DNA of 64,000 nt from Chloroflexota bacterium (GCA_965238265.1 OZ250185.1:4081031-4145030), one strand, 5' to 3'; positions 46,034-55,341 are shown, counted from the stretch's first letter. The notes: generated by a model from the letters alone, not told the origin. Numbers and translations: made by a program.

Positions 46034-46972
46034 TTAGGAGGCGGCGACGGTATTGCTCAACACGCCGAGACCGGTGATCTCAACGTCAACCACGTCGCCG
46101 GCCTGCAGGTACACGTCTTGCACCGAGCCTACTCCGGCCGGCGTACCGGTGGCGAGGACATCACCGGGCGAGAGGGTGATGAACTTGCTGATCCATTCGA
46201 TGGTGTCGGCAATGTAGAAGATCATGTCGGCCGTGGTGCCGTACTGCCGCCGCTCGCCGTTCACGCGGGTTTCGAGCATGAGGTCCTGGGGATCGGCAAC
46301 CTCGTCTGCCGTGACGACGTAGGGGCCCATCGCCGCAAAGGTATCGAACCACTTGCCGATCAGCCAGTCGAAGAAGCCGCTCCGCGCGCCCTCGTCGCGT
46401 TCGATCCCCGGATCCAGCTCACGGCCCGATACGTCGTTGAAGTTCACGTAGCCACCGACGTAGGAAAGGGCCTCCGCTTTGCTCACGTTGCGGGCCATCT
46501 TCCCGATGACGACGCCCAGCTCGCCTTCGTAGTCTACCATGGTGCAGATCGGGCCGGGGAGGAGAATGGAGTCCTCCGGGCCGATGACCGACGTGACCGG
46601 CTTCATAAAGACCTCGGGCACCGCCGCGACCTCGACCGGCCCGGTCTCGCCTTCCTCACGGTGCGACATGTAGTTGCCGGCGAGGAGGAAGATTTTGTCG
46701 GGCCGCGGGATGGGCGCCAGCAGGGACGCCGCGGCCGCCGGCACCGTCCAGATGCCGCTCTGGCCCGCGGCGAAGTCGAGCGCCTGCTGCGCGGCTACTT
46801 GGCCGGCGGCGCCGGCACCCAACAGCGCTTTGATGCTGCGGAAATCCTGGATGGCCGCCACACTGAGACCGGCATCCAGGCCGGCAGCGGCCAGATCAAT
46901 GATGGTATCGCCCAGCGGCACACCGACACGGTTTCCGCCGCCCGGTGCTCCGGAAAATGTGACCAGCTTCAT
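46034..46972 (-). CDS. fumarylacetoacetate hydrolase (FAH) family protein
   Basis: MKLVTF... N-terminal domain, then a FAH core (GNYMSHREE, DYEGELGVVIGK, TLSPGDVLATGTPAGVG). The start at 46972 is preferred. Confidence 0.9.
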   Translation of the reverse strand: MKLVTFSGAPGGGNRVGVPLGDTIIDLAAAGLDAGLSVAAIQDFRSIKALLGAGAAGQVAAQQALDFAAGQSGIWTVPAAAASLLAPIPRPDKIFLLAGNYMSHREEGETGPVEVAAVPEVFMKPVTSVIGPEDSILLPGPICTMVDYEGELGVVIGKMARNVSKAEALSYVGGYVNFNDVSGRELDPGIERDEGARSGFFDWLIGKWFDTFAAMGPYVVTADEVADPQDLMLETRVNGERRQYGTTADMIFYIADTIEWISKFITLSPGDVLATGTPAGVGSVQDVYLQAGDVVDVEITGLGVLSNTVAAS

Positions 46973-47056
46973 GCCTCTGCTCCCCTCTCCGTTTCGATAG
47001 ATTGTGTCCCACAACAGTCTAGCCGAGGCGCCGCGATCCGGCTAGTGCGGGGAGGA

Positions 47057-47098
47057 GCACACCTACCCCCACCCCCCCCACCCTGAAGGGAAGGGGCC
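47057..47098. repeat. family D-like repeat fragment
   Basis: gcacacctacccccaccccccccaccctgaagggaaggggcc. Confidence 0.6.
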
Positions 47099-47136
47099 AA
47101 TGTCAGTGGCCAGTGACCAGTGGTTAGTGGGACAGG

Positions 47137-48318
47137 CTACCTACTCCAATCCGGGGGATCGGCGAGGTCGGCTGGTGGCGACTTCCGGCGCACCCGGCGG
47201 TACAGAGCGCGCACCCGCCGCCCGCCGAACGACCTGCCCTGCTCAGAGGGTGAATCCTCCGGTGCCGGCTCGGCAGCGTGGTCGGCCGGTGGCGGCTCGC
47301 GGAGCATCCGACGGTACAAGTCGCGCAACTGGCGCTGGCCCAGCGTCTTGCCGCTGGCAAAGTATTCAATCGTGGCGCGGCCCAGGGCATAGGTACCGGT
47401 AGCGGCGACGCCGCCGGCCGCAGCCCAGCCCACGACCGGCACCAGGCGGGCGACCTGTCTGGCCGCCGTGCGTACCAGCATCCCGCCCATGACCGCCCCG
47501 ATGACCTCCTTCGCCCGCTCCGCGTCGAGCGTCTCGCCATAGATCGCGGCGACACGGAGCACCATCCGTATCTGCGCCGCCAGCACCAGGGGAATGTCCA
47601 CGAAGGGGACCGGCTCGGCGCCGGCAGCGGCGGCCAGTCCCGCGGCTTCGCGCACGATACGCTCGGCTGCCGTGCGGCGAAAGCCCGGCAGCGCGCGACC
47701 GAGCGCCACGGTGACGGTCGGCTCCAGATCGAGGAGCGCCGGCATCAGCAGCTCGGCGACGTTGGTGCCGCGCTCGGCCGAGATCGGAATGATCTTCGTG
47801 GCCAACTGCTGCTCGACGTAGGCGATGGCGGCGATGAGGTCATCAGCGCGCAGCAGATCAATCTTGTTCAACGTGACCAATGCCGGGGAATCGAGGGCGG
47901 CAATCGCCTGCCAGAGGGCCACGTCCGCTTGGCGCAGCCCAGCCGCTGCATCAAGCACCAAGACCACCCCGCTGGCCGCGACGACCTGCTGCCACGCGGC
48001 GCCCCAGCGCTCGTCGTCGCCCGGCTCGCCAGCGCCCGGCGTGTCTACCAGTTGGAGCGGTCCGACCAGCTCCTCGACGGCCGTCGTGGTTGTCCCCGGC
48101 ACCGGCGAGACCTCGGAGCGCTCGGCGCCAGCAATCGCATTGAACAGGGTGGACTTGCCCGCGTTCACCGGGCCAACGATGGCCAGGCGCGGACGCGATG
48201 TGTCGTCGAACTCGGCACGCAGCTCTTCCCAGCCCACCGCCTCCAGCAGGCGGCGCAGGTCATCGAGCCGCTTGGGGTACTTGGTGGCCGTGGCCAGGCG
48301 GGCGGTTGGTGTGGACAT
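47137..48318 (-). CDS. GTP-binding protein with C-terminal DUF697-like domain
   Basis: G1 GPVNAGKST, G3 VDTPG and G4 LNKID, then AERIVREAAGLAAAAGAEPVPFVDIPLVLAAQIRMVLRVAAIYG (DUF697-like). The C-terminal tail holds an internal duplication (LYRRMLREPPPAD / LYRRVRRKSPPAD). Confidence 0.8.
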   Translation of the reverse strand: MSTPTARLATATKYPKRLDDLRRLLEAVGWEELRAEFDDTSRPRLAIVGPVNAGKSTLFNAIAGAERSEVSPVPGTTTTAVEELVGPLQLVDTPGAGEPGDDERWGAAWQQVVAASGVVLVLDAAAGLRQADVALWQAIAALDSPALVTLNKIDLLRADDLIAAIAYVEQQLATKIIPISAERGTNVAELLMPALLDLEPTVTVALGRALPGFRRTAAERIVREAAGLAAAAGAEPVPFVDIPLVLAAQIRMVLRVAAIYGETLDAERAKEVIGAVMGGMLVRTAARQVARLVPVVGWAAAGGVAATGTYALGRATIEYFASGKTLGQRQLRDLYRRMLREPPPADHAAEPAPEDSPSEQGRSFGGRRVRALYRRVRRKSPPADLADPPDWSR

Positions 48319-48340
48319 GCTTACTCTGATACTTCCCTGG

Positions 48341-48390
48341 CCTCACCCCCGGGCCCCTCTCCACAAGTGGAGAGGGGCCCGGGGGTGAGG
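48341..48390. repeat. perfect 24-bp-arm palindrome, family B
   Basis: cctcacccccgggcccctctccac-aa-gtggagaggggcccgggggtgagg. I checked that the arms are exact reverse complements. It lies between two co-directional minus-strand genes. Confidence 0.9.
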
Positions 48391-48409
48391 GCCCTAGACA
48401 TCTCCTATC

Positions 48410-50032
48410 CTAGTGGAATGGTGGGGCCAGCGACAGTTGTAACTCCAATAGCGACGGGCCGGGGCGCTTGAAGGCGGCGGTCATGGCGCCGGGTAGCTCG
48501 TCAATATGGGACAGCCGCTCGGCGTGGGCGCCAAACGCCCGGCCGAGCGCGACGAAATCGGGATTGCGGAGGTCGGTGTCGAGGACCTTGCCGTTGCGCT
48601 GCTGCTGGGCCGCCTTAATCATCCCGTAGGCGTTGTCGTTGACGACGATCACGGCGATAGGCAGGTCGTACTGCACCGCAGTCGCCAACTCTTGCAAGGT
48701 GAACAGGAGGCCGCCATCGCCGGCGAGCACGGCGACCGGCGTGTTGGGCCGGGCCACCTGCGCGCCAATGCCTACGGGCAGACCGAAGCCCAGCGCGGCC
48801 GAGCCGGCCGGATAGAGGAAACGACGCGGCGCGAGCGTCGGGAAATGGCGGACGCACCAGTAGCAGGCGATGGCCTGATCGCAGGCCAGGATGCCCTCCG
48901 GGGGTAGCCCGGCCCGCAACGCCCGCACTAGCTGCAACGCTTCGGGGCAACGCTGCTCGCCGGCGGCGTCATCGGCGTCGCGGGCAGCGCGAACGTCGTG
49001 GGGGTCCCAGCGGCTGGCGCTATCCCCATCGTCCAGCACGGACAGCAACATTTCCAGGCCGAGCCGGGCGTCGCCGATCAGGCGCTCAGTGACAGGGTAG
49101 CTCTTGCCCATCTCGCTGGCGTCGAGGTCGAGGTGGGCGAGGGTGGGCGGCAAGGGCAGGCGCCAGGCGCGCGTGGCCATCCCGGTCAAGCGGTTGCCGA
49201 CCACCAAGCCGACATCGGCCTGACGCCACAAGGCCGGGTAGCCGTCGGTCGGGCCGGATGACGTGCGCCAAGTGCAGCCTGCCGACCAGAGGCTGGTATC
49301 GGAAATAGCGCCTTTGCCGCTGATGGTCGTGATGACCGGGGCACGCAGTCGCTCGGCCAGTCGGAGCAGCAGCCCGCTCGCCTCCGCACGAGCCACCCCG
49401 CCGCCAGCGAACAGCAACGGGTACTTGGCTCGACGCAGCAACTCGGCCGTGCGAGCGACGGCCGCCTCCGATGGCGGTTGGGGCGGCGGAATATGTGGTA
49501 ACGGCGCCGCGGCCACGTCGGCCGTTTGTCCTAACACGTCAATGGGCGCTTCTAGCGCGGTCGGACGCGGCCGCCCGGTCTGCATCCGCGCCAGTTCCTC
49601 CAGCGTCGCCCGCTCCAGGTCTTCGACGCGCGTGACGAGGCGCGTGCCGGCAGCGGCGGCCATCACGCCGGACTGGTCCTTGAACTCGTGGAGGTAGCCC
49701 TTGTACTTGCCGAGCAACGGTAGCTCTCCGGCGGTGCCGATGACCAAGAGCGGGACGGAGTCCGCCCACGCCCCGGCGAGCGGTGTGACGGTATTGGTCA
49801 GGCCGGGGCCGGTGGTGACGAGCGCGACGCCGGGGCTGCCGGAGACACGGGCGTAACCGTCGGCCATGTAGGCCGCGCCCTGCTCGTGTCGGGTTGCAAA
49901 GCTCACGAGCGTATCTTGGTCGTGGATGGCATCGTAGATCGGCAAGTTGTGGACGCCCGCGATGCCGAAGGCGTGGCGGACCCCCGCGCGCACGAGCGCA
50001 TCAACAATCAACTCACCGCCTGTACGTGCCAT
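48410..50032 (-). CDS. thiamine-pyrophosphate-dependent enzyme (acetolactate synthase large-subunit-like family)
   Basis: GGELIVDALVRAGVRHAFGIAGVHNLPIYDA N-terminal PYR domain and the TPP-binding GDGGLLF...NDNAYG. The start at 50032 sits 8 nt after AAGGAG. Confidence 0.85.
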   Translation of the reverse strand: MARTGGELIVDALVRAGVRHAFGIAGVHNLPIYDAIHDQDTLVSFATRHEQGAAYMADGYARVSGSPGVALVTTGPGLTNTVTPLAGAWADSVPLLVIGTAGELPLLGKYKGYLHEFKDQSGVMAAAAGTRLVTRVEDLERATLEELARMQTGRPRPTALEAPIDVLGQTADVAAAPLPHIPPPQPPSEAAVARTAELLRRAKYPLLFAGGGVARAEASGLLLRLAERLRAPVITTISGKGAISDTSLWSAGCTWRTSSGPTDGYPALWRQADVGLVVGNRLTGMATRAWRLPLPPTLAHLDLDASEMGKSYPVTERLIGDARLGLEMLLSVLDDGDSASRWDPHDVRAARDADDAAGEQRCPEALQLVRALRAGLPPEGILACDQAIACYWCVRHFPTLAPRRFLYPAGSAALGFGLPVGIGAQVARPNTPVAVLAGDGGLLFTLQELATAVQYDLPIAVIVVNDNAYGMIKAAQQQRNGKVLDTDLRNPDFVALGRAFGAHAERLSHIDELPGAMTAAFKRPGPSLLELQLSLAPPFH

Positions 50033-50064
50033 CCACCGCTCTCCTTCGTGCCGGCTGCCCATGT

Positions 50065-50162
50065 CTCACCCGCTGACGGGCCAAAGCCGCACGGATAGTG
50101 CCAGGTGTGGTGCGGCTTTGGCCCATCACCCGGCCCCCTCTCCACCAAGTGGAGGGGGGAGT
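50065..50162. repeat. composite repeat, families C and B (copy 1 of 3)
   Basis: ctcacccgctgacGGGCCAAAGCCGCACggatagtgccaggtgtgGTGCGGCTTTGGCCCatcacccggccccctctccaccaagtggaggggggag, with a 15-bp stem hairpin. Near-identical copies lie at 55073..55178 and 56325..56422. Confidence 0.9.
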
Positions 50163-50348
50163 GTCGCACCGGAGGCCGGGTGAGTAGGTCTGTGCTTCAT
50201 CGTAGCACGGACCGGTTTCCCGGCCGTAACTCAGGTCGCTATAGGGGATCATACAGTCCGACCGCAGCGTGCTCATGTTGACGCACGCCGGAAGCGGCCA
50301 GATAATAGCGCCATTGCGCCGGTTTTGGCTGAGCCTACCGCACCTGCC

Positions 50349-50377
50349 CTGGATTCCCGCTGGCGCGGGAATGACCG
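50349..50377. repeat. hairpin repeat, family A
   Basis: ctggattcccgctggcgcgggaatgaccg. Confidence 0.8.
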
Positions 50378-50500
50378 GGCAGCGGCTGGGGAAACACCAT
50401 AGCCTTGTCAAGGCCACTGCCGGGCATGAAAGTGACGGCCGTCGTTGCGGCTTGCGCCGCAGTGACGAGGCGGGAACGGGCGCCGAAAGAGAGGAACGCG

Positions 50501-51259
50501 ATGGCACTCGTCGAGTATGCAGTGCGGGGGCGGATCGCCACGATCACCATGAACCGGCCGGAGAAGCTCAACGCGATGAACCGGGAGATGCTGGAGGGCT
50601 TGTGGGAAGCCTTCACCAGCCTGCGGGACGACCCCGAGGTGTGGCTCGGCATTGTCACCGGGACGGGGCGCGCCTTCTCCGTAGGCCATGACCTGGAGGA
50701 GATGGGCAGCGGCGGGAAGACCAGCGCCGGGAGCACCGACGAGCTGTATTTCATGGTGCAGCACATCTGGAAGCCCATCATCGCTGCGGTCAACGGCTAC
50801 TGCCTGGCGCAAGGGGCCGGCATCGCCTTGGGCGCCGACATTCGCGTCGCCGCCGAGACGGCGCAGTTCGGCTGGCCGCAGACCAAACGCGGGATTTCGT
50901 CCATCAGCGGACCGGTCATCCTGGGGCATCGCGTGCCGCTAGGTCAGGCACTGGAGTTGCTGCTCACGGGGGATTTCCTGCCGGCCTCCGAGGCCCTGTC
51001 GCTCGGGCTGGTCAACTACGTGGTGCCGGAGGGCGAGGTGCTGCCGAAAGTCGAGGCGCTGGCCGGCAAGATACTGCAGAACGCGCCGCTGGCCGTGCGG
51101 GCGATGAAGGAGGCGACGGTGCGGGGTCTGCACCTGTCGCTTCACGACCGCTTGAACGTGGCGACGACGATCTTCGAGCGGGTCGGCGCGACCGCGGACG
51201 CGCAAGAAGGGCTGGTGGCCTTCCAGGAGAAGCGCGCGCCGCAATGGCAAGGGCGGTAG
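50501..51259 (+). CDS. enoyl-CoA hydratase/isomerase (crotonase) family protein
   Basis: IATITMNRPEKLNAMN, GTGRAFSVGHDL and AAVNGYCLAQGAGIALGADI oxyanion-hole regions. The start at 50501 is preferred. Confidence 0.9.
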   Translation: MALVEYAVRGRIATITMNRPEKLNAMNREMLEGLWEAFTSLRDDPEVWLGIVTGTGRAFSVGHDLEEMGSGGKTSAGSTDELYFMVQHIWKPIIAAVNGYCLAQGAGIALGADIRVAAETAQFGWPQTKRGISSISGPVILGHRVPLGQALELLLTGDFLPASEALSLGLVNYVVPEGEVLPKVEALAGKILQNAPLAVRAMKEATVRGLHLSLHDRLNVATTIFERVGATADAQEGLVAFQEKRAPQWQGR

Positions 51260-51300
51260 GCGGGGGAGGCCTCACCTCCGGGCCGCTCTCGGAAGGCTCT

Positions 51301-51333
51301 TTTAGCCACAGAGCACACAGAGAGCACAGAGTG
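51301..51333. repeat. short repeat, family G (copy 2)
   Basis: tttagccacagagcacacagagagcacagagt; compare 23831..23863. Confidence 0.8.
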
Positions 51334-51387
51334 GGGGCGCAGTAGGCTACGCCCGTACCCCGGCGAAGCGAGTTGGCGCTAGGTGGG

Positions 51388-51426
51388 CCTCACTCCCGGC
51401 CCCTCTCCACATGGTGGAGAGGGGCG
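51388..51426. repeat. palindromic repeat, family B
   Basis: cctcactcccggcccctctccacatggtggagaggggcg. Confidence 0.8.
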
Positions 51427-51439
51427 ATGACCGGACCAG

Positions 51440-52100
51440 GATAGGTTTTCGGTGGGCGGGCGGGCGGTGGGGCGCGAGATTGGTGCCAGAGGGAGAAGCC
51501 CGTGCCTGCGGTGGAGCAAGACCGCGGGTGGGGCGATACTTGGATGGCAGGATGCACTTGATAGGTGGTGGAGCCGCGTTGTGAGTAGGCGGCAGCGGGG
51601 GAATACGGTGCGCGGTTTGTCTGGGTGGTGTGGTGGGATAGCCAGTGAGTGGGAGCTTGGGAATACGGAGCGTGGTAGTTTGCGGTGTTTGGGCGGGATT
51701 GCGGGTAGGTGAGAGTGTTGGGAGTGGCAGGGACGCGGGGCAAGATTACCTGGCGCAGCCGGCGCACGCCGGCCGGCACGGGTGCGGTGGCGATTGGCGT
51801 GGCACGCAGACGGTGCTGACCCGGCGCCCTCGCCGTGGTGGCGAGGGGTACGTCAGCACCCGGTGCGCGCAAGGCGGCACTCAGACAGTGATGACCCGGC
51901 GCCCCGGCCGGAGTGGCCGGGGGTACGTCAGCACCCGGTGCCCCTGAGGCGGCACTCAGTCGGCCATGCCCCGCCGCAGACAGCGCGGCGAGGGGTCGCT
52001 CATGACCCGGTGCCATCGGCTGGGTGGCTTTGCCACCGCGGTTAGTTGACACGATGGTACGTGTACTTCCCTGCCGGGCGGTGCCCGGTGCTCCAGGATA
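51440..52100. repeat. strand-skewed (G/T-rich on +) region containing two different degenerate tandem duplications
   Basis: gggaatacgg(t/a)gcg.ggt..t...gg.g.tt.gg.ggat.gc..gt.agtg.gag occurs twice (about 51597..51715). ggggtacgtcagcacccggtgc.c...ggcggcactcag occurs twice (about 51843..51960). Only a Pro-rich minus ORF with no start context spans the region. Confidence 0.6.
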
Positions 52101-52207
52101 GTCTTGCAGCTGCCACATCCCAACGGTGGGTCATATTGGGGGGAGGTGGGGGAAAGACAACGGGGGGGTATTTACATGGATGGACAGGATGGGGGATGAC
52201 AACGGGC

Positions 52208-52275
52208 CTCACCCCCCGGCCCCCTCTCCACCAAGTGGAGAGGGGGAGTAGATTCCCGCTTGCGCGGGAATGACG
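52208..52275. repeat. composite repeat, families B and A
   Basis: cctcaccccccggccccctctccaccaagtggagagggggag-ta-gattcccgcttgcgcgggaatgacg. Confidence 0.85.
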
Positions 52276-52335
52276 GGGGCCTGGGCGCGATTCATCGCGC
52301 CCCTACGGTGTTGGGGGCGGGAGGGGTGAGGTGAG

Positions 52336-52355
52336 GGCCGGCCCCTGGCCTTTTT
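52336..52355 (+). terminator. possible intrinsic terminator (plus strand)
   Basis: GGCCGG-ccc-CTGGCC (6-bp stem with one G-U pair, 3-nt loop) followed by TTTTT (52351..52355). There is no annotated plus-strand gene directly upstream. Confidence 0.3.
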
Positions 52356-52515
52356 ATTGGCATCAGGATTTGCAAGATTAGATGATTGACAGGATTGATC
52401 GGACGTGTCTGACCAGCCTGCCATCCTGGTAATCCTGAAGCTGACAGATTGCCTATACTGAACGGGCTAGGCTACAGACCACGCCGGACTGCCGGCGGGG
52501 GTAGGGGAGCGTGTT

Positions 52516-53487
52516 ATGAGTAACTCCGAGGGAGAGAGCGGCAGCGGGCCGGATTTGGCAACCATCGAAAGGGTGGACATCCGCGGCGTTTGGTCCAATG
52601 AAGCGGCTGACTTCACGCCATGGCTGGCGGAGAATATAGGAGAACTCGGTGAGGCTCTGGGCATGGACCTCGAAGTGGAAGCCCGGGAAGCCTCTGTCGG
52701 CGGCTATGCGCTGGATATTCTGGCGCGTGACCAGGACAACCGCCAGGTAGTCATCGAGAATCAACTGGAAAATACCGACCACGATCATCTCGGCAAGCTG
52801 CTCACCTACGCGGCCGGATTTGACGCCAATGTGATGGTCTGGATTGCAAGGAAGTTCCGGGATGAGCACCGGGACACCTTGGACTTGCTCAACCGTCGCA
52901 CCGGGGAAGACACGGAGTTCTTTGGCGTAGAGGTTGAGCTGTGGCAGATTGACAACTCGCGGCCCGCCGTCAACTTCAACCTCGTCGCCACGCCCAACGA
53001 GTGGCGCAATCAGACCGTCAGCGACGCACTTACACCAGGCAATGTATCACCAAGAATGGAGAGGTATCGAGAATTCTTCCAAGAGCTTATAGATACGCTG
53101 AGAGAAGATCATAACTTCACAAATGCGCGTAGAGCCGGACATCGGCACTGGTGCCGCTTCTCAGCGGGGTACGGGAAACGTGCTCGGTACGGCGCCAATT
53201 TCGCTGCGGAAGAAAGAGCCAGAGTTGAACTGTACATCGCTAGCGGTGACATGGATTGGAACAGCGAGTTATTCGACCAGTTGTTTGAGCTTCGGGCTGA
53301 CATTCAATCCGAACTCGGAGAACCCCTCGAATGGGACCGCTTGGGCAATCCGCGCATAGCGGTCGTGCGGCCGGGAAGCATTGACGATGACGAGGAGACG
53401 TTGAGGGAAATCCGAGCGTGGATGGTGGAGCGGCTGCTGAAGTTCAAGCAGGTGTTCAGGCTGAAGTTGGATGAGCTGGTGGTGTAG
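52516..53487 (+). CDS. PD-(D/E)xK-like N-terminal domain plus DUF4268-like C-terminal domain protein
   Basis: GGYALDILARDQDNRQVVIENQLENTDHDHLGKLLTYAAG (D...E-N-Q core and GKLLTY helix), followed by a region I recall as DUF4268-like (FWxxL.../RYREFFQELIDTL). It is AT-richer than its flanks and is surrounded by repeat clusters. Confidence 0.7.
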   Translation: MSNSEGESGSGPDLATIERVDIRGVWSNEAADFTPWLAENIGELGEALGMDLEVEAREASVGGYALDILARDQDNRQVVIENQLENTDHDHLGKLLTYAAGFDANVMVWIARKFRDEHRDTLDLLNRRTGEDTEFFGVEVELWQIDNSRPAVNFNLVATPNEWRNQTVSDALTPGNVSPRMERYREFFQELIDTLREDHNFTNARRAGHRHWCRFSAGYGKRARYGANFAAEERARVELYIASGDMDWNSELFDQLFELRADIQSELGEPLEWDRLGNPRIAVVRPGSIDDDEETLREIRAWMVERLLKFKQVFRLKLDELVV

Positions 53488-53499
53488 GGGGCGCGGAGG

Positions 53500-53710
53500 G
53501 GGTGGACCTACCCCCAACCCCCTCCCTAAAGGGAAGGGGCTAGGGCGCCCACAAGGGACGCCCCTACAGGGTTGCCTGGATTCACGCTTGCAGGGGAATG
53601 ACCGGGGTGTGGCGGGGCGTGGATTGCGGCTTCCGCCGCAATGACGGATGGGTGCTAGTGACGGATGGCGCTAATGACGGGTGGGTGTTGTTTTCGTGGC
53701 AATGACCGGC
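53500..53710. repeat. repeat cluster (families D, F, A and A-long)
   Basis: ggacctacccccaaccccctccctaaagggaaggggc; gcgcccacaagggacgcccctacagg; ctggattcacgcttgcaggggaatgaccgg; tggattgcggcttccgccgcaatgacggatgggtgc...gggtgttgttttcgtggcaatgaccgg. Confidence 0.85.
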
Positions 53711-55054
53711 AGTGAGAACCGGGCGCGGCTGCGGGAGCGGCAGAATGAGCAGCTACCGCGGATGATGCGCTTGTGTGCGGTGGCGCATCCACACTACCGG
53801 CGCGTGCTGCGGGAGCGAGGGCTGACGGCCGATGACTTCCGGACCGTCGAGGACCTGCGCCGGCTGCCGATCCTCCGCAAACGGGAGTACGTGCGGGGCC
53901 CGGAGCGGTTCCGGCTGCGGTTGGAGGGCATCGCCGGCCTGGCGCCGGAAGAAACGACGCTGGCCGAGGTGATCTACACGTCGGGGTCTTCCGGCAAACC
54001 GACGCCGTTCTACGATACGGTCCACGACCGCTTTGCCCGCATCCACCATCTGGGGCGGGTCGCTACGATTGCCGGGGTCGGGCCGCACGACACGGTGATG
54101 AATCTCTTTCCGTTGAGCGCCGTGCCGCACCAGGGGTTTCTGAGCGCGACGTGGGGCGCGATGGCGGTCGGCAGCAAGCTGCTGACCGGCATGACCGGCA
54201 GCGCCTACGCCGACTACCCGGTTCACAAGCGGATGGACGACGCCATCGAGATGATCGAGCGGGAGCGGGCCACGGTGCTCTGGGGCATTACCACCTACGT
54301 CCGGCGGGTGGTGCTGCGCGCCCAGGCGCTGGGCAAGGACTTCAGCGCGGTCCGGCTGGCGATGGTGATGGGCGAGCCGTGCCCGCCACCGATGCGCGAG
54401 GACCTGCGCCAGCGGTTGCGGGCGCTGGGCAGCCCGGCACCGATCATCAACAACGGGTACGGGTTTACGGAAGTCCAGGGGCCGGCTATCGAATGCGTGG
54501 AGGAAGGCGGTCGGCACCAAGCGGTACCCGACCAGTTCTATACGGAGATCGTTGACCCCGATACCGGCAGTCCCGTCGCCGATAGCGAGCCGGGGCTGTT
54601 GCTGATTAGCCACCTCAACCGGCGGGGGACGGTGTTGCTGCGCTATGCGCCGGGTGACGTGGTGGCCATGAGCCATGAGCCATGTCCCCACTGTGGCCGC
54701 TGGGAGCCGCGGTTCTTGGGCGAGCCGCAGCGCGCGGACGGTCTCACGAAAGTGCGGGGGACGTTGATTAATCCGGCTGCGCTGCACGAGCAACTGGCGC
54801 AGCTGTTGCATCAAGGCGTAGCGGAATACCAGGTGGCCGTCACGCGCGAGGATCGGCGGGACCCGTTTTCGCAAGATGTCCTCACTGTTCGCGTGGCCTG
54901 TGACGAGGCCGTGCGGGAGCGAGCAGCCCAGGCAGTACCGCGCTTGGTGAAGCAGGCGGTGGAAGTGACGCCGAGCCTGGAGTTTCTGCCGGCGGACGGG
55001 TTCGCGGAGATCGCCGCGAGCTATAAGTTCAGCCGGTTCGTGGACGAGCGATAG
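53702..55054 (+). CDS. phenylacetate-CoA ligase-like adenylate-forming enzyme (PaaK/F390 synthetase family)
   Basis: YTSGSSGKPTPFY (AMP-binding P-loop), NGYGFTE, and a PaaK-like length and C-terminal domain. The start at 53702 is preferred because upstream codons are repeat-encoded. Confidence 0.8.
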   Translation: MTGSENRARLRERQNEQLPRMMRLCAVAHPHYRRVLRERGLTADDFRTVEDLRRLPILRKREYVRGPERFRLRLEGIAGLAPEETTLAEVIYTSGSSGKPTPFYDTVHDRFARIHHLGRVATIAGVGPHDTVMNLFPLSAVPHQGFLSATWGAMAVGSKLLTGMTGSAYADYPVHKRMDDAIEMIERERATVLWGITTYVRRVVLRAQALGKDFSAVRLAMVMGEPCPPPMREDLRQRLRALGSPAPIINNGYGFTEVQGPAIECVEEGGRHQAVPDQFYTEIVDPDTGSPVADSEPGLLLISHLNRRGTVLLRYAPGDVVAMSHEPCPHCGRWEPRFLGEPQRADGLTKVRGTLINPAALHEQLAQLLHQGVAEYQVAVTREDRRDPFSQDVLTVRVACDEAVRERAAQAVPRLVKQAVEVTPSLEFLPADGFAEIAASYKFSRFVDER

Positions 55055-55072
55055 ACGAGCGGGGAGTGTGCG

Positions 55073-55178
55073 CCTCACCCCCTGACGGGCCAAAGCCGCA
55101 CGGATAGTGCCAGGTGTGGTGCGGCTTTGGCCCATCACCCGGCCCCCGCTCCATCGCCAAGCGATAGAGCGGGGGAGT
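55073..55178. repeat. composite repeat, families C and B (copy 2 of 3)
   Basis: cctcaccccctgacgggccaaagccgcacggatagtgccaggtgtggtgcggctttggcccatcacccggcccccgctccatcgccaagcgatagagcgggggag. Confidence 0.9.
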
Positions 55179-55230
55179 CCATTGACCGCCGGCGGTGTGG
55201 CACACTACGCTAGGCTGTCGGCACTTCCCG

Positions 55231-55341
55231 GTCATTCCCGCACAAACGGGAATCTGGAGGTGGGTACGCTGGCTGCTTCCCGAGCCTGGATTGCGGCTTT
55301 CGCCGCAATGACGGATGGGTATTATTTTCGTGCCAATAACG
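55231..55341. repeat. family A hairpin plus family A long form
   Basis: gtcattcccgcacaaacgggaatctgg ... cctggattgcggctttcgccgcaatgacggatgggtattattttcgtgccaataacgg. Confidence 0.85.

Noticed and set aside
51390-52118. 242-aa Pro-rich minus-strand ORF as a real gene
   Set aside because: It has no SD or signal peptide, a repeat-derived composition and a C-terminus encoded by a family B palindrome. It is better explained as an open frame across degenerate tandem repeats, and is kept only as a low-interest finding.
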